In this document: piece by piece, positions 18,138 to 51,486 of the stretch
Position numbering within the stretch: the stretch's first letter is position 1
Layout: every line of letters begins with the position of its first letter
Origin: the human T2T-CHM13v2.0 reference genome, Homo sapiens
Direction: 5' to 3' (one strand)
NCBI RefSeq assembly: GCF_009914755.1
Contig: NC_060932.1
Length of the DNA: 64,000 bases
Notes under the pieces: model-generated
What the model was told of the DNA's origin: nothing
The model's input: the letters and a program-made list of their open reading frames with translations, nothing else
Database searches by the model: none
Program-made: the position numbers and the translations under genes

Positions 18138-18830
18138 TTTTTTTTTGTTTTTTGAGATGGAGTCTCACTCTGTCATCCAGGCTGGAGTGCAGTGGCACAA
18201 TCTCAGCTCACTACAACCTCCGCCTCCTGGGTTCAAGTGATTCTCATGCTTCAGCCTCCCGAGAAGCTGGGATTACAGGCACCCACCACCACACCCAGCT
18301 AATTTTTGTATTTTTAGTAGAGATGAGGTTTCACCATGTTGGCCAGGCTGGTCTCGAACTCCTGACCTCAAGTGATCCAGCCACCACAGCCTCCCAAAGT
18401 GCTGGGATTACAGGCGTGAGCCACCGTGTCCGGCCAGCATGAACCTTTAGTGATAAATTCTCAACCAAAAAAAAGTGTCTCCTTCATGGGCAGGGCCAGC
18501 AATGCCTAGAAACAGTACAAAAAGAAGGGCTGGGCACCATGGTTCCCACCTGTAACCCAACCATTTTGGGAGGCTGCGGTGGGAGGATTGCTCGAGCCCA
18601 GGAGTTCAAGACCAGTTTAGGCAACAAAGTGAAACCCTGTCTCTGAAAAAAAATTTAACAATTAGCTAGGCATGATGGCACACACCTGTAGTCTCAGCTA
18701 CTTGGGAGACTGAGCGGGGAGGATCGTTTGAGCCCTGGAGGTCACGGCTTCAGTGAGCCATGATTGCGCCACTGCACTCCAACCTGGGTGACAAAGCAAG
18801 ACCCTGTCTCAAAAAAAGAAAAAAAAAAGG
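18138..18830. mobile_element. Two Alus: - (18138-18436) and + (18528-18830)
   Basis: Alu consensus; TSD CAGCATGAAC around the first. Confidence 0.9.
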
Positions 18831-19718
18831 TGGGGGAAACAGGGGAGGTGGGAAAGAAAAAAGTAATAGCTACCATTGTTTGCGCCCTTGCTCTGTGCCA
18901 AGCAGTATAATAAGTGTTTTGACACACCAGCATGCTTCATCCTCACAAACACCCTAGAGAAATGATCATTTAACTAAAAATCAATCATTATATAAATCAG
19001 GAGAGCTGAAGTGCAATTTCAGAATATACCTATAATTGGAGTGGAAAGGGGCGTACCTAGTTCTTCCAAGCCCACTGTTAAAATTAATGCCTTTCTGCAT
19101 GGACTACTTGTTTACAGAATATCAGACTGCCCTTTAGACTTCAGATTTTGTTATGCATGCTTTTCTCCAGTTTACTAACTGTGCCAGATATGCTTACAGA
19201 TAGCAGTTCTGCCTATTTTTCCTTGTACTCATGTCCCCGGCTCACCAGTTAGATCCCAGTCTAAGTGCTGTGTCTTACCCCTCTAGGGAAAGAACTCTTG
19301 AGATGAGGGGTAACAGGGAGGGAAGGCCTTTCAGATTTCTGAGTAGAGAATGTTTTGCCTCTTGATTGTTTCATGCAAGTTAAAATGCCTCAAGTGGAGC
19401 TGCTGCCACTGCAACTAAAATCCCTCAACAACTTCACCTTTTTTTTCTGCCCTACTTTCTAGACATGACATTTTTGGGAGCATTCTTAAGATGTACTTAG
19501 GGGGTCCAAGCTTCTCTTACGAGAGAGAATTGCCCTAGAGTGGTCATAAGTATCATGGTAACCAACTGCTTTTTTGAATCTTTGGTGTTACCAAACAAAA
19601 CTAAAAAACCTTAGGTTATGGCAGGTAGGTAAGGAGGTGGTCTGGGACCAGCTTCCTGAAGAACACACACATGCCTGTGGACAACCATCACTTCTTTTGG
19701 TCATCTTTTTCTGCTCAG

Positions 19719-19790
19719 CTCTAGAAGACTCCGATGGAAGACAGGACTCTCCAGCAGGGGAACTGCCAAAAACGGTCCAACAGCCAACAG
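19719..19790 (+). CDS. MATN2: Matrilin-2 unique segment exon (72 nt)
   Basis: gctcag|CT ... ACAG|gtacag; [24 protein letters not shown]. Confidence 0.93.
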
Positions 19791-19987
19791 GTACAGTTTT
19801 TAAGGCAGTGTTTTTAGAAATTTTGGTGGAGGGAACCATGGTTTCCCTCCAGATAAAAGCTGTAAAGAAGTGAATGTAAGTATGTTCAAATTATGATAAT
19901 GAAGGCCTTTTTTCCCTCAAAAAGATAGTTAACATTTACTCTTACATTAAGCCATATTTGGTAACTAGCATCGTTTCAGGTGACAGT

Positions 19988-20404
<417 letters not shown>

Positions 20405-20514
20405 TAAAGCTCTGTACCAAGTGCTAGGAATACCAAGTACCTTACTCTGCTGATGGCTGTTTTATAACCAAAAGCGTTAAGCAGGTTTGATTGCAGTTTT
20501 CTTTCTCTTTACAG

Positions 20515-20649
20515 AATCTGAGCCAGTCACCATAAATATCCAAGACCTACTTTCCTGTTCTAATTTTGCAGTGCAACACAGATATCTGTTTGAAGAAGAC
20601 AATCTTTTACGGTCTACACAAAAGCTTTCCCATTCAACAAAACCTTCAG
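20515..20649 (+). CDS. MATN2: Matrilin-2 unique segment exon (135 nt; alternative internal acceptor gives 20572-20649)
   Basis: tttacag|AA ... TCAG|gtaatt; [45 protein letters not shown]. Confidence 0.93.
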
Positions 20650-21033
20650 GTAATTCCAAGTAAAATATTACTATAAGATAACTTGATCTCAGCCTTTCGG
20701 CTTGCCAACAACCTTAGCTTTAAGGAGGAAAGGAAAGAAGGAAGTAGGAAATAGTATAGAGGAAAAGAGAAGAAAGAATTTAAGTAAAATGAGAACTAAA
20801 ACATAAACTAAAAGAAACTCAAGTAGTGTTCCTCAGTAATCCACAGTAAGGGCCACTTCCAGTGTTGGAAGCATATACAGTGCTTTCCTGGTATTTACTG
20901 GATCTGGCTGCATGGAAAAAGTGGAACATGTCTTTCATTATGGTTTCCTCCATATGCTGATTCATTCCTATTATTATGCGTCTGGGAAGTCTGGTGGATT
21001 CTAGAGGTGAACACTTTCCATCTGCTTTCTCAG

Positions 21034-21132
21034 GAAGCCCTTTGGAAGAAAAACACGATCAATGCAAATGTGAAAACCTTATAATGTTCCAGAACCTTGC
21101 AAACGAAGAAGTAAGAAAATTAACACAGCGCT
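21034..21132 (+). CDS. MATN2: Matrilin-2 CxC plus N-terminal half of coiled coil (99 nt)
   Basis: ttctcag|GA; [33 protein letters not shown]; ends at U12 donor T|ATATCCTT. Confidence 0.95.
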
Positions 21133-23129
<1,997 letters not shown>

Positions 23130-23185
23130 TAGAAGAAATGACACAGAGAATGGAAGCCCTGGAAAATCGCCTGAGATACAGATGA
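23130..23185 (+). CDS. MATN2: Matrilin-2 terminal coding exon (coiled-coil end and stop)
   Basis: LEEMTQRMEALENRLRYR then TGA at 23183-23185. Confidence 0.96.
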
Positions 23186-23663
23186 AGATTAGAAATCGCG
23201 ACACATTTGTAGTCATTGTATCACGGATTACAATGAACGCAGTGCAGAGCCCCAAAGCTCAGGCTATTGTTAAATCAATAATGTTGTGAAGTAAAACAAT
23301 CAGTACTGAGAAACCTGGTTTGCCACAGAACAAAGACAAGAAGTATACACTAACTTGTATAAATTTATCTAGGAAAAAAATCCTTCAGAATTCTAAGATG
23401 AATTTACCAGGTGAGAATGAATAAGCTATGCAAGGTATTTTGTAATATACTGTGGACACAACTTGCTTCTGCCTCATCCTGCCTTAGTGTGCAATCTCAT
23501 TTGACTATACGATAAAGTTTGCACAGTCTTACTTCTGTAGAACACTGGCCATAGGAAATGCTGTTTTTTTGTACTGGACTTTACCTTGATATATGTATAT
23601 GGATGTATGCATAAAATCATAGGACATATGTACTTGTGGAACAAGTTGGATTTTTTATACAAT

Positions 23664-23669
23664 ATTAAA
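23664..23669 (+). terminator. MATN2: Candidate MATN2 polyadenylation signal (ATTAAA); a further AATAAA lies at 24173-24178
   Basis: Hexamer about 480 nt after the stop, preceded by TGTA elements; usage cannot be shown from DNA. Confidence 0.55.
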
Positions 23670-23739
23670 ATTCACCACTTCAGAGAATGGTATTCAGTGC
23701 AAAAATTCTTAGTTTAACTTTAAATGGAAGATATGTATG

Positions 23740-25780
<2,041 letters not shown>

Positions 25781-28474
25781 ACCCTAAAACATTTTAAATG
25801 CTCAGTATTAACTATTATATTTTTAGTCTTTAGCAGCCAAGAGTATTGGACACAAAGATGGTGCTGAGCTAAGTGTATGTTGAGTAAATGAAAAGACAGA
25901 ATAAATTCTTTGCTGACCTGAGAAAAGTAATCTGGTAGATTCCCACCCCTAAACTATCTTTTGAAGCAAACAGGCAGTAGTAAATTAAATAATGGTAAAT
26001 GCATAAGAAATTTAAGAACTACTATTAACAAAATTCTGAACTAGAAAGTCCCAAGTGTATCAATAAGAGAATTAAGTAAATGTTTAAGCCCTAGTAGTCA
26101 TTATCCACTCTAATTTTTGATAAGTGACACGAAGTTGAATACCTTGAGTCCCTGTCCTGTAGCACCTTAGAGAGAGGTAATCAATGCCATAAAAAAAGGT
26201 ACTAAGGTAACTCAGAAGCACCTGTTTTAGACTGGGTGCTAGGCTTACCCTCAGAACAAGCACAGGTAAGCCCAGAAAAGGGAGGAGTGGGGGAAGGAAA
26301 CCAGATTCCACTGCAGGTGAAGGGAGCAGCAAGTCTAAGGAGTAGTTGGTAGTTGGAAGACAGGGGATGGAAAACTTTTCCATGACACAGATTATAATAT
26401 TATCTTCCAGACGACCCAACTATTAATAGTTATATTCATAATCAGCCTAAAAGTTGGTTTCTTCTCTACATTCCTTTTGTTCCTGCCACCATCCCATACC
26501 AACCGCAATTCTTAACACACTCTACAATATCCAACCTCTTCTTTGAGATTTCTATTTCCATATCTAAGAGTTCAGTAGAGGTATGGTATGGAGTAAATCC
26601 AATTGGCTGCAATTTCCTACAATCCCCTGAATATTAGAGCTACCCACACACTGCTTTCATTATAATCAGAAAAGAACATTTTAAATGTCACCTTACACTT
26701 TCCCAGATCTTCCTGGCCAGTGTCACTTTCTCTCTGACAGCGGTTTAAGAGCACTTAATCAAAGGTAACATAGGCCAGAATGAGTAAGGAATGTTTCCTG
26801 TCTACTAGCTTTAAACTTCTTGTCTCTCTGAACTTTCTTGCTGAAAGAAAGAATCGTTGTGACTGCACAAAAAGAACATATAATGAAAAGGCAAAAACCA
26901 AATGTAGCATATTATCAACTACATAGACAGCCCTAGAAATCATAAATTTTCTAAAAAACCATCATTCCAAAATGCCTGCAGCCAAAAAACCACAACAGAA
27001 ACCATGCAAAGAAAGGGTACACCAACATCTGCAATATTGTATTCTTTAGGTCACCACCCCCTGAGAAATTAAACTCGAGCTAGTCAACCTGGAGGAAAAA
27101 CTAACCCAAATAGTGTGAAAAGTCACTATTTGGGACTTGTGGGAAAAACTGAGCAAGTAGATAAGCACGCAAACTACCTTAACCATGAGATTGAAACATT
27201 TTGAACTATGGGAACAAACTAACAAACACTATTAGAGACCAGTAGTCAGACCAAGTAATTCTTATCAAAGATTCAAATATTTTATATCACTTTGGCCACA
27301 CGGGTCTCTGGATATGTAAACATGAACACCTTAGAACACTTAAAATCTTTCATATATTCAGTGACTCTTAACCAGGAGAGAAGCTAGTTTAAAAATGTGG
27401 TGACATTTGGGGGTGATTACAATGACATGGAAGGAAAACCAAGAATGAAAAATACCTGCAGAATCCACAGCCCTCCACAACAAAGAACTGTCCCATTACA
27501 CAATGTCAGTAGTGCTCCCAAATTGAGAAATACTGAGTAAATGAACTGGTAAAACCATTAAAAACCAGACTCTCCAAAGTATTAATATATCCACAACCTC
27601 AGATTAACTTCGGACACAAACTAAAATCATGAGCTATTCCCTTGAAAAAAACTCCTAACCCCCGACTATCAAATTGGGAACATGACCCACCCAGGGCTGT
27701 TATATAGCTATTAAGAGCTGGGGTCCTCTGACTCCAAGTGCAGTAAATGCTTGATTTTCTGCATACTATTTAGAAGGCATCCTCATTTACTGTCTCACTC
27801 ATCTACCATCAAAACTTGCCTGAAAGAGGGGAGGGAGAAAAGGAGCAAGGAGATTGAGTCTAAAATCCAAAAGACATTGTCTTTTCTGACACTTCTGTGG
27901 CCTCCCTCCCTCAAAGCCCAGCTGACTACATAGGGCATACCTTACTAGCACCATTCAACTCTGTAAATTAGTATCTAACTAAATCATTATTTCCCCTCAA
28001 ATTAATTCTTTCGAATGTTCCAAAAGATATTAACATATGAAGGATTCCCTGGGACATACTCTTGGGGGATGCAGTATAGTTTCCAAAAATGTGAATACTT
28101 AACGTACTTCACAGTACATCTTTTAGGTGTATGATATAAAACATACTCGGGCAAACATGGACTTAACTATTGATGATCTGGGATTACTCAGAAATCGTCC
28201 AAGTGCACCAACCACTTAACTTAGGAAAGATTATTCATTAAAGTAAAACTTTTCTTAACCTATGACAGCATTTTGGATGGGGAAACATTTCAGTTAATCT
28301 TTTTTAGCTACTCAAATTTGGTAAATTGCAATTCTGGGTATTTAACCTTGTTACCTCCTAAGCATACTAGAATATAAAATGCAAACAATGTCCTGAGAAT
28401 GGAATTACAAAACTTGAGCTTTCTAAACATCTAGTACTAGAAAGGAACCCAGTGCAGTCCCTTTACAAAAACTG

Positions 28475-29083
<609 letters not shown>

Positions 29084-29222
29084 CAGGATGTGTAACTCTT
29101 TACTGAAAAGTCTTGCCACCACATCTGCCTCATCCTCTCTAATCCAACCTTCAGGAAATTGTATTGAAACAAAAATAGAGAAAAATACTGAAATAGATAC
29201 AATGTTTTTAAAACAAGCAAAT

Positions 29223-29228
29223 TTTATT
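29223..29228 (-). terminator. RPL30: RPL30 polyadenylation signal AATAAA
   Basis: tttatt on + strand, about 56 nt past the stop codon. Confidence 0.9.
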
Positions 29229-29284
29229 AAAGGAAAATTTTGCAGGTTTAAGGTTTGCAGGTGAAATTTTGTAGGTGAAAAGGT

Positions 29285-29334
29285 TTACTTTTCACCAGTC
29301 TGTTCTGGCATGCTTCTAATGATGTCAGAGTCAC
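29285..29334 (-). CDS. RPL30: Ribosomal protein eL30, exon 5
   Basis: ttttag|GT; GDSDIIRSMPEQTGEK-TAA; spliced CDS 21+146+131+50 = 348 nt = 115 aa plus stop. Confidence 0.98.
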
Positions 29335-29569
29335 CTAAAAAATAAAAATAAAAAAACAGTAATTTTACAATTCATTTAATAGCAACTGGTACCATAAAAT
29401 TTCTCTACCTTTGGTTATCCCTTCTGTAGACAATGGTCTGCAAATTAGCACTGACTTTTTGCAAAAGTTATCACATTAGCTGTACTGTCATTTTTCTTAA
29501 GGTTGACCAAAGATAACCTAGAATCACAGCCATTATATAATCACATAAAATGATCATATAATAAAATTG

Positions 29570-29701
29570 GTTTATCACCAGCATTTATAAAACCAGACCT
29601 AGGGAAAGAACTAGGTTTGGGGACACATGCATGGTCTTAATATAGCGAATGTTTAGCCTGTCCTGACTATTACAAAATCAGAACAGCGAGAATATTCGCA
29701 G
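29570..29701 (-). ncRNA. SNORA72: Box H/ACA snoRNA SNORA72 (U72), intronic, 132 nt
   Basis: Two hairpins; H box ATATTA (29638-29643); variant ATA box 3 nt from the 3' end; 5' hairpin pocket ATTCTCG/GCTA is complementary to 5.8S rRNA UAGC-UG-CGAGAAU. Confidence 0.93.
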
Positions 29702-30115
29702 TATTCTATGAATCAAAGATTCACAATTGGAAAACAGAATGATGTAGATTTTTTGGCACTTTTTTTTTTCTCAAGCTAATTTTACATGTCTGTTCTCAAG
29801 AAGCAAGAATTACTTTCTTCTGTTTTGCCAGATTATTCTCTCCTTATAATTTCACCTTTTACCAAATCTATGTCATTATTTCATAGGTACTTCATCAAAT
29901 GAAATTCATTATCTGACAGTAAAAATTTTAACTTATAATAAAGCCAATTATAATGTATTGGCATTCATTACCAATTCTCTACAAAATACAACTACACGAT
30001 ATGCCTTGCTAGATCCATATTCTATCTGAATTTAGGAACCAAAGACATTTGTGTAGTAAGAAATACTTGTCCAGACATTACATTAGAAAGGCAAAAAAAA
30101 AAAAAAAAGACTTTA

Positions 30116-30379
<264 letters not shown>

Positions 30380-30621
30380 TCACATATTACTCTTAAAAAC
30401 ATCATATTCATTATCCAATACAAACCAACATTTGTATGTATCCCTTGCAAGTGAAGGGGCAACCAGCAAATATCTAATCAAACCCTACTATGTTTAAGAC
30501 AGTATCAATACTCACGGAAGAGGGTAAGATGCAAATAAAAGAAAGCAAAGCATTATCTAGCATTAGTAAGGACCACATACTTTATATTTCCATGACAATC
30601 TCTAAAGTAGGTATTATGTAC

Positions 30622-31670
<1,049 letters not shown>

Positions 31671-32433
31671 TTAACATCACCCATGTGACTCCTTTGCACA
31701 GTCATGTTTCAGAAGCACTACTATAGAAGACAGGCTTTAAAGAAAGTTTCAAAGAATGGTTAGGGAAAAGCCGAACCCATGGGACAAGACAGAAAGGGCC
31801 CTCCAGGCTTTGACGGTAACTACAGACACCCTATATAAAATGCTGTAAGCAGCTTATGCATCACCACAGAAAATTTGCTCACATAGCTTATACTCTGCAA
31901 GGTCCAAGTTTGTTTGGCTTATTTACAACACCCCCTAAGTTCAATTTCAAAACAGTGAGTCAAGCATAAATCTTGACTCAGAACTGATTTAGCGGGCTAA
32001 ACTAGGTGATTCTATGATAGCCTGCAACTCCATAGCCCAGCCTCAACTTTTCTTACCTAGTTTTTTGACACTAAAACAAGTTCACACAATGAAGCATCAT
32101 TAAAGCACCTCAAAGCTAAAAGAACCAAAAAAGCAGGACACAAAATACATGGAAAAAACAGTAATGTGTCTGTGTTTCCATTAAACCTCGATGTTCTGTT
32201 TTCACTCCTGCCACACACACACATTTCTCCTCCAAAAATAAGCTCACAGAAGGGGAGCACACGATTTGGGGGTGGGTCGGGGAGACGGGAATGAAGGGCC
32301 AAACACCACAATCGCTACCGTAATTATCCTGCAAGTGTTCGAGTTCATGGTACTCAGATTACAAGTTTACACTCCTGTATATTCGTTCACGATGAATTCG
32401 CGGTAGGCGAAGCACGTTCAGTCTCTTCGATTA

Positions 32434-32580
<147 letters not shown>

Positions 32581-32838
32581 CTACAAAGCAAACATTAAAT
32601 ACGGACCTAAGGGCCTCGCCTGCAACCGCCTCAAAACCGGACCCAGCTTTTTGAAGCCGAGCCCCTTAAACTTCCGAAGTCGAGGACCCCAAGTCATTGA
32701 GAGGGCCACTGGGATTCCTTCTGGGGCCCTCCAAATGCCAGCAGGCATGCTGTCACCCCCGTGGGCTCACATCTGCCCGCCCTGGCCAAAACATCTCTCC
32801 ACGTGAATCGTCTTCCGGGCCTGGCCCGCCTCACTCAC

Positions 32839-32859
32839 CGTCTTCTTTGCGGCCACCAT
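32839..32859 (-). CDS. RPL30: Ribosomal protein eL30, coding part of exon 2 (whole exon 32839-32891)
   Basis: aagATGG start; MVAAKKT; ACG|gtgagt donor; ttctag|G acceptor at 32891. Confidence 0.97.
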
Positions 32860-32933
32860 CTTCCTGCCTTAGGAGCGGGACGGCCCCCAACCTAGAAGAG
32901 ACAGAGAACAGGACAGGAATTTTAGGATCCGGA

Positions 32934-33163
32934 GTTACAAATGGCAACCCGCAAAGCTCCCCGCGCTGCCTAAACCTCGGTCGGTAGGAGCCCACTCACC
33001 AACAGCAGCCGCTAAGATGGCCGGGGAACGAGAAAGGAAAGACTTCCCACAATGCAAAGCTCTTCACGGCAGAGCCGGAACTGCGGGACCGGAAGCGGAA
33101 ACAGATCGCAAGCAGAAGGGGCGGAGCAAAAGCGGAGGGCAGCTGCCGGTTGCTATTGGTACC
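32934..33163 (-). promoter_or_regulatory. RPL30: RPL30 CpG-island core promoter
   Basis: YY1 AAGATGGC (33014-33021); ZNF143/Staf-like TTCCCACAATGCA (33044-33056); ETS/GABP CGGAA cores x3 (33075-33101); GC box (about 33118-33126); RFX X-box-like GTTGCTATTGGTACC (33149-33163) and GTTACAAATGGCAAC (32934-32948). Confidence 0.8.
33000..33041 (-). other. RPL30: RPL30 non-coding exon 1 with 5'TOP tract and TCT initiator
   Basis: Minus strand reads CTTTCCTTTCTCGTTCCCCGGCCATCTTAGCGGCTGCTGTTG|gtgagt. Confidence 0.92.
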
Positions 33164-33185
33164 GCTGGCTAGAATGGCTGCGGGG

Positions 33186-33541
<356 letters not shown>

Positions 33542-34229
33542 TTAAGCTTCGCGGCGTTGTGTTGCTGTTCTGCTGCGAGCTGCGGTCTAACTAATCGAGG
33601 CGCTTAGAACCCGGAGGGAGTTCGAAAAGCCGACTGAAGGTGAGGTGGGAGGGTCGATGAGAAGAGGCTGCGGCGGCTGCGACCACGGTCTCAATGCCGC
33701 TGAATTCATCTTTGTCCTGAGGCGCGGCTCTTGGAGAGCCTTGTGGGTGACTCCGATGCGCCGCAGCACCCGCATTTACTCTCCGCTTGGTAGAAGCAGC
33801 TGTGTCCTCACCCCTGCGGTCACCCAAGTTACCTGTCCCCTGGAGAACGGTGGCGCCCTGCTCGAGTTTCCCAAAACTCGCCTTTTGTGACTGTGTTAGC
33901 GTGAACTTGTGAGCCGAGTTTGCACTGAGAGCGCGATAAACAGGTCTAATTTTTTAAAAGTATTTTTGCTGTTAACGTTGGATCTTGGTATAAATGTCCA
34001 GAGACAGACCACTGAAGATATTAGGCGCTGAAAATCCCCACCTAATCAATCAGACCAGTGGATAAGCTATATGAGGGAAACCTCTTCCCCTCCTTAATTA
34101 AGCCTCACCAAAAAACGCGTGCTGTACCAGGAATCATTTACATATATTTATTTAATACTCACAAAAGTCCCATGAGATAGTAACCTTTTTATTGTCCATT
34201 TTACATATCTAGGCCTATTGTCAGAGCTA

Positions 34230-37657
<3,428 letters not shown>

Positions 37658-37714
37658 CAGCATTATTTATAACAGCAAAAAATTAGAAACATCAAATGCT
37701 CATCATTCTTAATA

Positions 37715-38038
37715 TACAATCATGCACTGCATAATGTTTTGGTCAGTCATGGACCACATATACAACAGTGGTCCCATAAGATTATAATACATTATTTTTA
37801 CTGTACCTCTTCTGTGTTTAGATACACAAATACCACTGTGTTACTGTTGTCTACAGGCACAGTAACACGCTGTACAGATTTGTAGCCTAGGAGCAACAGG
37901 CTATACCATATAGCCTAGGTGTGTAGTAGGCTATACCATCTAGGTTTGTGCAAGTACACTCTGATGTTCAAACACAATGAAATCGCCTAACAATGTAGTT
38001 TTCAGAATGAATCCTTGTCATTAAGTGATGAATGACTA
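37715..38038. mobile_element. Tigger3/MER7-like DNA transposon relic
   Basis: TA-flanked degenerate CAGTCATGC-type terminal inverted repeats; ccatctaggtttgtgcaagtacactct core. Confidence 0.7.
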
Positions 38039-38584
38039 TATATTTGTATAGGCATAGAAAAAAGTCTAGAAAACTATATATTTGTATAGGCATAGAAAAA
38101 AGTCTGGAAAAGTCAGATATCAAAACAGAGAGAAATGAGAAGAGTGAGCGATGAGGAAGGGACCTTTACTTTTTCTTTAGGTTTTTTTAGTACTGCTTGA
38201 ATTATTTTACAGTAAGCATTAATTATTGTTACATAAAAACTTCCTTTTTAATATTAATAATAAAGTGTTCTTTTACAATAAATGTCTCATGAAACATCAA
38301 TTACACCTCAATGTAGTACTTCTCAAAGTCTGGCTCTCATATCACCTGCATCAAAATCAATGATTCAAACTCCTGGACCCCACCTAGGCCTATGGAAGAA
38401 ATCTCTGGGTGTGGGTCCTGGGAATCTGAGTTTAACAGTCATCCTAGGTAATTATTATAATTACTAAAATTTGAGAATTAGAGACCTAAAGAATGAGATA
38501 GCCAAATTGGTTCTGAGACATGCCTGCTTAGATAGAGGTATAAAGTAAACAGTAATGATCCCTTGTATTGAGTGTTCTACTTTC

Positions 38585-41320
<2,736 letters not shown>

Positions 41321-41463
41321 AAAGCTTTTAAATATTCACTTTCCTCCAAAGTAATCAGGATAGTTGCTGTCCCTGTTTTAGAGAATAAATGATTAAAGTG
41401 CATGAGGTAACTTTTCTGAGGCACTTTTCTTTATATGATACCAAGTATCCCATCCCAATTATG

Positions 41464-41839
41464 TGCTATGGTTTGAATATTTGTGTTCCTTCCAAAATTT
41501 ATAGGTTGAAACCTAATCCCCCAATGCGAGTGTTAGCAGGTGGAGCCTTTAAGAGATAATTAAGTCATGAGGGCAGAGCCCCGATGAATGGATTAATGCC
41601 ATAAAAAGGGCCATGAGAAGGTTCATAGTCTCTTTTGCCCTTCTGCCTTGTGAAGATGAAGTATTCATACCTGCAGAGGATGCCGCATTCCAGGCACCAT
41701 CTTAGAATAAGAATCACCAAACCTGCTGGCACCTGGATATTGAGCTTCCCAGCCTCCAGAACTGTGAGCCAATAAATTTCTGTTTATAAATTAACCAGTC
41801 TCAAGTGTTCTGTTAAAGCAGCAGGAAAAGACTAAGATA
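41464..41839 (+). mobile_element. MST/MLT1 (MaLR) LTR
   Basis: tgctatggtttgaat ... ccagcctccagaactgtgag ... gactaagata. Confidence 0.8.
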
Positions 41840-42059
41840 CTATGTGTCCTCACTATACTTTAAAGAAAGGACTTAGTTGCTTTCTCCCAAGGATCTTACC
41901 ATGATTTTGTACTGGAAACCAGTGAAGCCCAAAGCACTCATTTTGTGTCTGAATCATGACCACAAAATGGGAATGCCTCCTAGGGAATCTTAACTGAATC
42001 CATTCTACCTCTCTTTGGAGACAGACTTGGGGCCTTGGTTTCTCTTTCTGTCTCTCTCT

Positions 42060-47172
<5,113 letters not shown>

Positions 47173-47332
47173 CTGGCCAAATGTTCAATGTGCCATTCCA
47201 CCATTGTATATGTTTGGCTGCTTCTGGATGATGAAGTAAATGGAAAGACCAGTAAATCACACAGAAATTAACCTATTGCCTTACTTGTCTCACAATACCT
47301 TACTCACAATAAAATGAGTTCCTTGATAAGAT

Positions 47333-47672
47333 ACAGTACGGTCGTCCATCAGTATCTGTGGGGGATTGGTTCCAAGGCCCCCTCCCCTAGGATACCAAAA
47401 TCCATGAATGCACAAGTCCCTTAACGTAAAATGGTGTGGTATTTGTATATATTTTATGCACACTCTCCTGTGTACTTTAAATCATCTCTAGATTACTTAT
47501 AATACCTAATATAATGTAAATGCTCTCCAAATGGTTGTTATACTGTATTGTTTTTATTTGTATTTTTTATTGTTGTATTGTTATTTTTATTGTTTTTTTC
47601 TGAATTATTTTGATCCACAGTTGGTTGACTCGGTAGATGTGGAGACTGCAAATATGAAGGGCCAGCTGTACT
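47333..47672. mobile_element. MER2/Tigger-family DNA transposon relic
   Basis: cagtatctgtgggggattggttccaagg ... gaagggccagctgta. Confidence 0.7.
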
Positions 47673-48223
47673 GAATGTACCATCTTGGTGGTATGCACAC
47701 TATTGGGTGACGCTGGCAGAGGCATGATAGGCAGGAAAAGCAAATCTAACGCAGTGTCCATTACAGTAAAGATCATCTGCTGTCCTCTCAAAGTATGGTA
47801 CCATTTCAGCTTCTTGCTGCTGCTGGCAAATTAGGCACTTAGCCAGGTAAACCTTGGTAAGAGGAAGAGCATGGTGTTGAGCCCAGAATTATGGTGGTTC
47901 ACCTAATTATAAAATGCTTCCTCTGAAGAAAATAGAAGATACCATGGCTTGGCTGACAAATTACCCTTAAGGAAAAGTGAGAGATCCCAGGGAACTCCTA
48001 AAAGATAATTGACGGGGAAAAGTGGGGAACTTAACTGGGCTCAATAAGCCCTGGTTTAACATGAAAGTATTAAGATTCAGAGAATTTTAAATTACATATT
48101 GATATTTAATCTGTGAGGTTATTGCATTTCTCTTTTGGGAAGAATGGAGTTTTTAGAAATTTCACTATCTAATAAAATGAAATGTGATTTTAATTTTAAA
48201 ATGCTCCATCAGAAGTAGAAGCC

Positions 48224-50120
<1,897 letters not shown>

Positions 50121-50269
50121 CAGATGGTAACATACTACATTGGATAGTGTGAGACTTCATGAGTGCTCACTGATGTAAGTGAATAAATGGGGGGAAGGAA
50201 AAGCACTTCCTTACTTTGTAGTAGAATGGCAGCTAATCAATATAGAAGGAATAATGTAATTAGAAAATC

Positions 50270-51486
<1,217 letters not shown>

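Noticed and set aside
32839-33041. Yeast-like kink-turn autoregulatory element at RPL30 exons 1-2
   Set aside because: I could not build a convincing tandem G-A stem by eye; it needs a covariance or folding search
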